NCBI GenBank assembly: GCA_030141605.1
Contig: JAQGDQ010000363.1
Span: 62,001 to 126,000, forward strand
Direction of reading: 5' to 3'
Length of the DNA stretch: 64,000 nt
Source: Tubiluchus corallicola
Taxonomy: Eukaryota; Animalia; Priapulida
A program made the translations under genes and the position numbers. The notes beneath the pieces were generated by a model that was not told where the DNA came from, made no database searches, and worked only from the letters and a program-made list of their open reading frames with translations. The stretch's first letter is position 1; every line of letters begins with the position of its first letter. This document shows positions 44,931 to 64,000 of the stretch, piece by piece.

Positions 44931-45653
44931 ATTATATTATTTATCTATATATATATGATGCCGATTCTCCTCAAACGTGAAATTGTATTTTCTTCCACGG
45001 TAATAATTCTTCCACACTAGATATTATTTTCAAGTTTCAAATTCTATATCATTGCTGTCTTATCATAATTGTGTCATCATGTAATTATAATCATCGCTGT
45101 AAATTTTTAATGATTGATTCATCAGAATTGCTAACATCGCTGTTCACGTAGGAGGGTGCTCCTCCAACTCCTCTCGCATGGCTCGGTACCTGAGTGCGCC
45201 GCATACCGATCAGCTCCATCATTTTGATCATCTGATCAGATAATTCACCTGTATAAACGTTATTACCATCAACATCAATTATTATTGCATTTATATTCAT
45301 AACATACAAAACTTTACTAAGTCGTATATTTAGTGCAGGCGGCAAGATGTCGTCAGGATAGCCAAAGTCTTCCAATGCCTGGTAGATTGCATGCTCCGGA
45401 GGTGGAAAAAAACACCATCAAAACATCTCATCATAATTCATGTTAAAATCATGTTTTAAAAAACTCATGGTTCCTCTTGCTCCCACGGACAGTTGCGCGT
45501 TGCATAATGCCGACGTCTTCCTGGGATACGGTTGCCACGCCCCATGCAGCCACCCAGGACCTCCTTCCCATTTACTACTCGAACCGTACAGTTTCCACAC
45601 ATTCGACTGAATAAACTTTGAACTTTAAAGTAACTAGCATTTAACAGGCTTAG

Positions 45654-45893
45654 TTGAGTTTCTAGCCCAATCAGTTCTCCGTTCAGGGTCTAATTCTCAT
45701 TGAGTTTCTGCCCCAATCAGTTCTCCGTTCAGGGTCTAATTCTCATTGAGTTTCTGCCCCAATCAGTTCTCCGTTCAGGGTCTAATTCTCATTGAGTTTC
45801 TGCCCCAATCAGTTCTCCGTTCAGGGTCTAATTCTCAGTTTCTCCATTGAGTTTCTGCCCCAATCAGTTCTCCATTCAGGGTCTAATTCTCAT
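45654..45893. repeat. 46-bp minisatellite, about 5 copies
   Basis: Unit TTGAGTTTCTGCCCCAATCAGTTCTCCGTTCAGGGTCTAATTCTCA. Confidence 0.93.
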
Positions 45894-47161
45894 TTACATC
45901 ATCAAACATGGAAAATTTAGTTGGCACATACTCGTAGGAAACCCAATTGATGCCCTCAGCCTCGCGCTGGTGAACCGTTTGTTCCTAATGGATGCGCCGG
46001 GCTGCCCTCAGTTCCTCCATCTCACTGTCCTCCAGTATACCGAGCCATGCTTTCAATTCATAACAATGCATATAATATAATATTATTGTTAATATACGAC
46101 TTCATTCTCGTTTTCTTGAAATACTATGATTATGTTATCGTCAATCTCCTATTCTATTTTTGTCATTGCTTTAACTCATTGATTGGTTGTTAAATTATTT
46201 AATAAAAGGCTCGTTAACACTAAGTTAACGAGTTTTAGTAAATAGTTTAGCAATCAATGCGTTTGTCCACATAAATATATACTCACGATGCGTGTAAAAT
46301 TGGGCCTGACATCTTCCGGTTTTACGTTAGGATCTCTCTTCTCTCGCTCTCTCTATCTCTCTCACTCACTCTGCAAATAGCGGTACGGACATGCGTTTGT
46401 ACTCCGATGAGTCCCGGTATCTAGGGTTGACGTTGCTTCCCCTCTGCAGCGTTCAAGATAATGACACCTAAAATGAAAACCTTAGGTTAATTAGTATCCA
46501 TGTTTAATTAGTTCATATGTTTTGTATGCATTTATTTTCTTTTTACTTCGTAATATTTCTTTGTTGCTACTCTGTTATGTAGATTTGTTTGACTGTTTAG
46601 CGTACTTTCTTTTCCATTGTAGATACTTTATTTTATTAGTAAAATTGAATTATGGTGTTTGCAGACATTCATGCTGTTTGAGTAGATTCGTTACTTTCAC
46701 GTTTTTGTATTCATTCGAATTGTAAACGACACGAATTGTAAACATTTCGTTAAAATTTTGTTTGGATTTCAGCATAATTTTGATTTTGTAAATAAAGTAT
46801 TTTGCATTTAAAAAAAATCAATGCCTTGTTACAATAATTCTTTCAGTTTTACTGTTTGTATGCATGGATGTATATCTTTCAGCTTGGACAGTTTTCCTGT
46901 TTACAATGCTTGTATATAAGCGTAATAAAGAGGTAGGCTGACCACACATCTCTTCAAGCCAAATAGGTACTTGCTCTTTTCAAATAATGTCGAGCACAAC
47001 ACTAATTTGGTTGTAACAAACCGAAGAAAAAACGGAAGAATGCGTACAAAGTACATAAAATTCCTGAGCTAATTGTTTGTAGTGTATAAAAGGTAGTATC
47101 ATTAATAAACACAATATGGTTACAAGTGTAAGTTGCATCAATCAAGTGTTTGTTTACTGAG

Positions 47162-48517
47162 TTCCACAATTAGAGACATGACCCCAAATTTTAAATTTGT
47201 TTTTTCCCATAATTTTTGTGTTTGACTTAGTAAAAGGCTCATTGAAGTTTCAGGGATTTTTATTGGCAAAATCTGTATAATGGTAAAGAAGCTACATATT
47301 CAAAATAAATAAAGCATTCTAATCCGTAGTATCAAATTCATATAGGCAGTGTAGTGCATTCATGGATCTAATATTAGCAAAATAGACAGACCTGTGTTTT
47401 AGGTTTAGACTAGATTGATGTATTGTAAAATGAGTGACACTTAATACCAATAGAGAAAGAAATGGCTCTTATTTAAAACATGAGAACATCGCTAAAACAT
47501 GAGAACGTCTATTGTGTTTTAAAGAAAATAAAATTCTTCATCAAACTTCATGCACAAAATATCTAAAAAAATCTAAGATATGTTTTGTATTGGTTTGATA
47601 TGCATATCCACGCACATTTATGCGATAATTACAAAAATTGTATTATACACGTCTGCACTACGTTGGTGCAGCACTGTAAATCTACGATTTAAAGACAAAA
47701 TAATTTTTCAGTATAATATACTCCAACTGTATTTTTATCGTTAATAATCATTATGATAATATATAACAATTAACAGGAATATTAGTATGACTAACATGAA
47801 CAAGGCTGTATGTACAACTATTTGTGCTCCATCTAGTGTAAAAAAAGAAAAACAATTTTTTTTATTCTTTGTTCTTCTTTAACATCTTTATATGCTCAAC
47901 TAGGTCTACACCAATATAATGCCAATGTAGTCTATTTTCTATGAATAAGCTGGTAAGTCAGTAACAATATTGATAGATCTTATGGTATAAATTACTAACA
48001 GATTTCAAACTGATAACATCGATTATCTATTTACTATTTCTACACTTGCAAAAGTACAGTTACATGTTGAAAATCTCAGATGTATTCTTGGTTGCTCTTA
48101 ATGTTTTTTTTATATTTAAAACATTACAGCGAGTAAAAAGTGCAATCTTTTGATGGAACAGTTAATGAAAAATTATTGAACAAGTGTTTAATGCAAGGTT
48201 TTATTTCCAAGATGTTCTGAGGTATACCAAGAAGTGAGCTTGACCTATGATCATTCTCTGTACTGTTTAGGAATGGGTAGCCGAATATAAAATAAAAACC
48301 AATCTGCCTGATAATGAAATTAAACTTTCACAAAATTTTTATATGTCTACAGATGACATTCACACTTATGATTGTTAAGTCTCAGTGTTCAAAATATTAT
48401 ATAATCAGGCATTGTAAAGTTACGTAAATACGTACAAAAGGCTTTATAATAACTCGCAACCAGCTAGGGTTAATAGCTGTGCAAAGATGTTGGTATCACC
48501 AATGCGTAAACTTAAAC
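47162..48517. repeat. Internally deleted direct copy of 53041-55280
   Basis: Collinear matches from TTCCACAATTAGAGA to CACCAATGCGTAAACTTAAAC, with several gaps in this copy. Confidence 0.9.
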
Positions 48518-49151
48518 GTTGTTGCTACAATGCGTATAACATAGCAACTGTCCTTGTCATATCTATTACTGACGCACTCTTGTAACATAGCTACAATCTC
48601 AGTTATATTTCTGGGCGCAATTCAGTAAGACGTACAGAGCGATTCTTCTTTCAACAGCTTTTTCGAGCGATATTTCTTTTTCTTAGTTCTTTCGAGTAGT
48701 TATGGAAGCTCTTGGCCGTTTTAAGAGACACATCAGGAGCAATAAGGTTGCACCAACTGGATATCGGGGGAAAGTTCCCTCGCGGACGATTCGTTCGCAC
48801 TTCCGGCCCTTCTACAAAAGAGTTAGAATGAAGATAGTCGATGTGACCATATCGGGACTTGCCCCTCCTATATTTGGAGGAGGTCTTCCTTTGCTGGAAA
48901 AATATTTGTCAGAATGGTTCAGCTAGTAACATCTGGCGATAGATCAACTGAAGATGAGGGACTGCGAGCCGTTCAAGCACAATTGTTAAAGAGAGTGAAA
49001 GCCAGGGCAACTGACTTGATTACATCTGGGATGAAATCTCACAGCATGTCACGATGGAAAGATGTGGATTGTTTGCCATGCGCTTGTGGTCTAGACATAT
49101 GTGTCATGGAGGTTGGAGATTTGGAGGAAACGGAAGTACCAACAGCAGAAC

Positions 49152-51781
49152 AAGATGTCCACCTGGAACAGACCAATCCTTACATACCTCACGTTATTGA
49201 GCCGAAAGATCCATGGCATGTAGGCTTCATGTTCGACACCAAACCTCCTCGTCGTCCCGAGCAGAGAGTTGGCGACTGGGACAATCCACCAACGTTTTGC
49301 TAACACACTGCAAGAAGATGTTTGGTCTGAGTTAGTCTGGAATCCATCAAGAGGTAGAGGAACGGTGTAGACCTGAATGACCAATGGCCAGCACACCAGG
49401 CCACTTAAGGATTAGCGATGAAGCAACATCTTGTCATATTCAAATTATTTAATTGTCTTGTAAATACTAAATTTTTTATACTTTCAATAGATTTATTCTT
49501 TGTTACTTATTTCTTTGTTTGTTGTTTATTGATATTATAGACGATGTTATTAAAAAGTAAAACCACAGCAGCAATAAACTGGATACAAGGTGTGAATGCA
49601 ATAAAAAATAGAGAATCTGAATTCTATAAGTCATCAATTTTATAAAGTACAGTTTTAGTAGTAAAAACTCAGTATAAACTAAATATGTAAATACGTAATT
49701 AAGTAGGTAAGTACGTGAGTGAGTGAGTAAGTAAGTAAGTGAGTGAGTGAGTGAGTAAGTAAGTGAGTCAATACGTAAGTGAGTAAGCAAACAAGCAAGC
49801 AAGTGCGTAAGCAAGCAAGCAAGCAAGCATGTAAGAATGCAAGAACTGAGTAAGTACGCCGTTGAGCTCAGTAGATCGCAAGGTTAATGTTAAGGTTCAT
49901 TATGTAGCAATTCAGCATTATCTAACTGAAATGCTGCCTTTTGTCATTATGGAATAAATTTTGCGCAATTATGTGACAGTTATTATATAACAATTTTTCC
50001 TTTGTTATCGAACAATAATTGTGTAACAAAAGTAATGCATTATGTAAAAAACTAACAAAGGTTCAGTCGTGGTCAGTGGTTGGGTCTTTTCAGGGTTTGG
50101 TTAGCTCTAACTCTTAGTCTGGGTCAGGCTGTTTCTACGCAACAGCTGTATCTGGTCAGGTCTAGTCTATCAGTAATCTGGTCTGCCTGTCGTCTGTTTC
50201 ATCTAGGGCCTTTGTGTCTAGTCTGCATTGGTCTGGTCTTCAGATATCTGGTCTGTGGCTGGTTTGTTTGAGGTTGGTCTTTGGAATTTTGTTTGTGAGA
50301 GCTATGGCCTGTGAGTGGATTGTTTGGAACCTGATCTGTCGGATGTCGAACATATCAGTTGTCTAGCCAGTTATTAATCTGTTTCCGATTTTCTGAAGAC
50401 AACACTCCATACAGACCTGAGGTCCAAAGACCAGGCCAAAGACAGACACTTTGTCACTGAAGATAAGATGTCCACCTGGAACAGACCAATCCTTACATTC
50501 CTCACGTTATTGAGCCGAAAGTTCCATGGCATGTAGGCTTCATGTTCGACACCAAACCTCCTCGTCGTCCCGAGCAGAGAGTTGGCGACTGGGACAATCC
50601 ACCAACGTTTTGCTAACACACTGCAAGAAGATGTTTGGTCTGAGTTAGTCTGGAATCCATCAAGAGGTAGAGGAACGGTGTAGACCTGAATGACCAATGG
50701 CCAGCACACCAGGCCACTTAAGGATTAGCGATGAAGCAACATCTTGTCATATTCAAATTATTTAATTGTCTTGTAAATACTAAATTTTTTATACTTTCAA
50801 TAGATTTATTCTTTGTTACTTATTTCTTTGTTTGTTGTTTATTGATATTATAGACGATGTTATTAAAAAGTAAAACCACAGCAGCAATAAACTGGATACA
50901 AGGTGTGAATGCGATAAAAAAAATAGAGAATCTGAATTCTATAAGTCATCAATTTTATAAAATACAGTTTTAGTAGTAAAAACTCAGTATAAACTAAATA
51001 TGTAAATACGTAATTAAGTAGGTAAGTACGTGAGTGAGTGAGTAAGTAAGTAAGTGAGTGAGTGAGTGAGTAAGTAAGTGAGTCAATACGTAAGTGAGTA
51101 AGCAAACAAGCAAGCAAGTGCGTAAGCAAGCAAGCAAGCAAGCATGTAAGAATGCAAGAACTGAGTAAGTACGCCGTTGAGCTCAGTAGATCGCAAGGTT
51201 AATGTTAAGGTTCATTATGTAGCAATTCAGCATTATCTAACTGAAATGCTGCCTTTTGTCATTATGGAATAAATTTTGCGCAATTATGTGACAGTTATTA
51301 TATAACAATTTTTCCTTTGTTATCGAACAATAATTGTGTAACAAAAGTAATGCATTATGTAAAAAACTAACAAAGGTTCAGTCGTGGTCAGTGGTTGGGT
51401 CTTTTCAGGGTTTGGTTAGCTCTAACTCTTAGTCTGGGTCAGGCTGTTTCTACGCAACAGCTGTATCTGGTCAGGTCTAGTCTATCAGTAATCTGGTCTG
51501 CCTGTCGTCTGTTTCATCTAGGGCCTTTGTGTCTAGTCTGCATTGGTCTGGTCTTCAGATATCTGGTCTGTGGCTGGTTTGTTTGAGGTTGGTCTTTGGA
51601 ATTTTGTTTGTGAGAGCTATGGCCTGTGAGTGGATTGTTTGGAACCTGATCTGTCGGATGTCGAACATATCAGTTGTCTAGCCAGTTATTAATCTGTTTC
51701 CGATTTTCTGAAGACAACACTCCATACAGACCTGAGGTCCAAAGACCAGGCCAAAGACAGACACTTTGTCACTGAAGATAA
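49152..51781. repeat. Near-identical tandem duplication of about 1.3 kb (49152-50464 / 50465-51781), plus a diverged related segment at about 51790-52115
   Basis: Identical ORFs at 50080 and 51395 (offset 1315); only a few substitutions or indels visible. Confidence 0.95.
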
Positions 51782-53034
51782 GCTCTAGACAGACCAGAAT
51801 TTGAGCACATCAGTCCCTCACATTATTGAAATGAAGGTTTCATGGCATGTAGGCTTCACTTTGGACACCAAACCTCCTCGTCATCTCCGGCAGATTGTAG
51901 GCGACTGGGACAATCCACCAACATTTTGGTAATGATTCAGATGCTGCCAACACGTTGCAGTAAGATCATTGGTCTGAGTTAGTCTGGAAATCTGTTAAAG
52001 GGCAGAAGAGTGGCGTAGACCTGAATGACCAATGGCCGGCGCACTACGCCACCTAAGGATTCGCAATGAAGCAACATCTTAACACATTTAAGTTATTAAT
52101 TTTCTTGTAAATACAGAATACTGTTTTTGTAACAAGAATTTGCAACAAAAAGTAATTGTTGTTTTTTATTGTCTGTTAAATTTATTGTTTTGTTGTTTGT
52201 TTGTTATTTTATTATTACTTTGCAATACAATAAGCAAACCGCAGATGATGTTTATTATAAAATCTATGCACCAAAAGAACTGCGAAAAGATAAAAAATTC
52301 TTGCCAGTCATATTGTTACGGGGATGAAATGCCGCGTATTTTTGGCTCACCCTCTACATTATGGTGGTCTCGTCCATACGAAGTCCATACATTATGGTGT
52401 TGAATACCACGTACAAAACTGTCGCTATGGAATGGCCTCATTGGTTCAGTGGGCTGACTTGCAGGTGCGCTTTTCACTTCAGCACCTGCTCCGCAATGAC
52501 AATCAGCGTGGAGCACAATTGATTAGATATTTGGCGAGTTACTTAATTCTATAATTTAGTTTTTACTAATGCTTTTTCATGTTTTCTTCACGCCGTGACA
52601 TGCATTTAAGCATCATCCTCTCTACGTTACAGTATTCTCATAATATTTCTACAGAGTGTGGGGGGGGGGACAAATGAAATGACTCACACCTAGATTTTTA
52701 AGTTTGAGAAGAGAAGTTTGTCAATAGTTTCGAGCCGTTTTAAGCTAACATACATACTGAGTAGTATGGGCCTGTGGCTTCAAGTCCATTACTTCAACTG
52801 TTGCATCAGCATTAAGTGAGCGTATTTACTGACCAGTATTGGCTTCCAGTTTCACATCAACTCCACTAAGTTGATGCAACAGTTACATGTGAATAATACT
52901 ACACTGGTGCACACTCTGAATTACTGCATCACGTTTGCTGAGTAGTATGTGTATGTTGCTTCACGTCCATTTGACTGGATTGTTGCACCACTATAACTAC
53001 AGCGCTGAACAACAAGGGTCAATATTATGTAATT

Positions 53035-53529
53035 GGGCAATTCCACAATTAGAGAGATATGATCCTAAATTTCCAATTTGTTTTTTCCTACAACTTTTTT
53101 GTTTGACTTAGTAAAAGGCATATTGAAGTTTCAGGGAAAAGTATTTGTCAGGGTATATGGTTAGTTTTAGATACTGAATTCCCCACCTTTCTATTTTATT
53201 GGCAAAATCTGTATAATGGTAAAGAAGCTATATATTCAAAATAAATAAAGCATTCTAATCAGTAGTATCAAATTCATATAGGCAGTGTAGTGCATTCATG
53301 GATTTATATTAGCAAAATAGACAGATACGTACTGAAAATGTATCCGACATTAAAAGCATTACATGAAATGTTTTCATTATTTCCTGTGTTTTAGGTTTAG
53401 ACTAGGTTGATGTATTGTAACATGAGTGACACTTAATATCAATAGAGAAAGAAATGGCTCTTATTTAAAATATGAGAACATCCCTAAGACATGAGAACGT
53501 CCCTAAAGTTACTAGCCGTGGAATTGCCC
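53035..53529. mobile_element. MITE with a 4-bp AATT target duplication (Sola-like), 495 bp
   Basis: Perfect 12-bp TIRs GGGCAATTCCAC / GTGGAATTGCCC flanked by AATT at 53031-53034 and 53530-53533. Confidence 0.8.
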
Positions 53530-56151
53530 AATTGCATTAACGTGATGTCAAATCGTCAGCCTTTTATTCATTCTTAATATTCTGCGTACTAACGGTGCAT
53601 CGTATATTGTATTTTAATAAAACTATTGTGTTTTAGTAAAAATAAAATACTTAATTAAAATGCAAATGACAACACTTCATGTTATAATAATAAGTATGTA
53701 TTTCATAGTATCGCTAGATATTTCACATCAACACAATAACGACATTGGCAATATTAATTCATAACAGCTTACAATACATTACAAAGTACACTACTAGTCT
53801 TACAAAACCAAGCTAAAATAAAAAGCTATTTGTATAAGAAACTATATATTTTATCTATAATAATGACTGAACATTTCATCAAACTTCATGCACAAAATAT
53901 CTAAAAATCTAAGATATGTTTTGTATTGGTTTGATATGTATATCCACGCACATTTATGCGATAATTACAAAAATTGTATTATACATGTCTGCACTACGTT
54001 AAAATATCTATGAAACACACTGAAGCATTAGGACTGTATATAGATGGTGCAGCACTGTAAATCTACGATTTAAAGACAAAATAATTTTTCAGTATAATAT
54101 ACTTCAACAGTATGATATTACAACAGTATTTTTATCGTTAATAATCATTATGATATTATATAATAATTAACAGGAATATTAGTATGACTAACATGAACAA
54201 GGCTGTATGTACAACTATTTGTGCCCCATCTACTGTGAAAAAAGAAAAACAAAGTTCTGCTGTGTCCCTCTACGCAACAATAAAATGCTGAGACTGCAAA
54301 GAAACATCAAAAACTGACACGTCATTTAAACTAAAACTAAAAAAACAAAGAACAACTTGAATTTCTTAAAATTAAAGCTTTAAAACACAATAAAAACAAA
54401 ATAGAACATTTATTAAGCAATGCCAACTACAATAAAAATTATTTCTAAGAATAATTCTAAAATGCTTAAAGCGTTTCAAATCTTGCGTACATATAAACAA
54501 ATTAGAAATTTTAAAAGTTGCTGTATGTTATAAACTCTATCTCGAATACTCGGGTTTTCTAAGCACACCAACGTGCTAGATAAGCAACAACTTAAATTTT
54601 TCTATTCTTTGTTCTTCTTTAACATATTTATATGCTCAGCTAGGTCTACACCAATATAATGCCAATGTACTCTATTTTCTATAAATAAACTGTTAAGTCT
54701 GTAACAATGTTGATAGATCTTACTGTATTATGGTATAAATTACTAATAGATTTCAAACTACAGCTGATAACATGGATTATCTATTTACTATTTCTACACT
54801 TGCAAAAGTACAGCAACAGTTGAAAATCTCAGATGTATTCTTGGTTGCTGTTAATGTTTTTTCATATTTAAAACATTACAGCAAGTTACAAGTGCAATCT
54901 TTTGATGGAACAGTTCATGAAAAATTATTGAAAAAGTGTTCAATGCAAGGTTTTATTTCCGAGATGTTCTGAGGTATTCCAAGAACTAATCTCGACCTAT
55001 GATCATTGTCTGCACTGTTTAGGAACGGGTAGCCGAAAATAAAATAAAAACCAATCTGCCTGATAACGGAATTAAACGTTTACAAAATTTTTACATGTCT
55101 ACAGATAGCTATCATACTTATGATTGTCAAGTCTCAGTGTTCAAAATATTATATAATCAGGCATCGCAAAGTTACATAAATACATACAAAAGGCTTTATA
55201 GTAAACGAACAGTAACTCATAGCCAGCTAGGGTTAATAGCTGTGCAAAGATGTTGGTGTCACCAATGCGTAAACTTAAACCAATTTTCGGTCCCAAAACA
55301 GGACAGTATAGAAAGTCAACTCAAGTGAGAAATTAAAAAAAAGTAAAAAAAAGAAATTTTTTCCTTTTGTAAATTGCAACTGTGACAAGCCAAAATAACA
55401 AATTAGGAAAAACAAGATTTTATGTAGAGCTAATTTGTGAAAAAAAGCAGTAAAAGGTTGTGGAGGAGTCAGGATTTGAACTTAAGATTTTGTCATTAGA
55501 TCTCACGTGTTCTTACCTCTGAGTTACATGCTTGTGTACGCATAGGTGGCTATGAAATAATTCTTGTGAAATATAAACAATCAGCATTAGCTGAGACATT
55601 TCTTTGGTGCTTGTCTACTTGAGTCGGAAACTCGATGGTAGAGTATGCAAGTTTCAAATGCAAGGTCTTGTGTTCAACTGAAACTGTGTTCACTCAGAAC
55701 TCATGATGCTAGTAGATGCTAGGAAAACATTCCCGTTTAGCTAAACGTTGTAATGCTTAAAATGTGAGATTTTATTCAGGTATTCACTTAAGCTATCATA
55801 TTTATTAATTCTGGCTTGTCATAGTTGACAAACATAGTGATTTGTGCAAGCTAACTGGCAAAATGCTTAGCCCATTTTTTTGCTTTATACTTGCACTATT
55901 TGTCAGTCACATAACATCTATACATACGTGGCTCCACCTACGATTAAATTATATACATACAGAAAACCATTGTTCTTTAAACCCAACATACAGTGTTATT
56001 AGCATTGCTCTTAAAAGAGGTGCTGTGGGCAAACCAAAAGGACTACCCAGTAGAAAGTTATCCCAAATTCCCACGATGCAGCACCTTTAGTTTAAAAGTC
56101 AGCCTGCAGGTGACGCTGAAGTTTTCATATCTATGAGCTGGGGTTAGAAGG

Positions 56152-63724
<7,573 letters not shown>

Positions 63725-64000
63725 CTAAAAATGAACATTAAAAACTTGTTTAAACATTATTTTAGGTAAAGCTACACAATTGGTGGAATTATTATTCCAA
63801 AAATTTATTTGTTCTCAATTATAATAAACATAATAGTAAATTTAAATAGTGAAAATTAGAAAGACACTTCTCTACATTTGTACAATATCTTAATATTGGG
63901 AGAAAAAATATATAAAACAAAGAGAGCAGGCGTACTCTGCCACTGTACTTAATAAAGCAGAATAAACCCAAATAACATGAAATAACTTTGAAGATAGAAC

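Noticed and set aside
46405-46435. Hammerhead ribozyme (CCGATGAGTCCC…GGG); similar at about 6588-6612
   Set aside because: The catalytic core CUGANGA…GAAA is not intact in either case.
47162-48517. Processed (retro) copy of a spliced transcript
   Set aside because: The missing segments examined are not bounded by GT-AG on either strand and there is no poly(A) tail.

Overview
AT-rich, intron-containing animal genomic DNA, probably an invertebrate (lophotrochozoan-like is an inference). No prokaryotic features or CRISPR. Five protein-coding loci were reconstructed by reading exons and splice sites: (1) a PRA1-family ARL6IP5/JWA gene on minus; (2) UBA3, the NEDD8 E1 catalytic subunit, on plus, head-to-head with it and carrying a U12-type minor intron; (3) an intronless class-A GPCR nested in a UBA3 intron on the same strand; (4) a secreted PAN/apple + pentraxin gene on minus with a frameshifting deletion in its Ca2+-loop; (5) the 3' nine exons of a creatine/taurine-type SLC6 transporter on minus, one of whose splice donors is tandemly amplified five times. 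The rest is MITEs, a tRNA-derived SINE, an RTE LINE fragment, mini/microsatellites, local segmental duplications and a cluster of degraded ORFs of unknown origin (about 45-52.5 kb). Comparisons with human genes are from memory and need checking by alignment.
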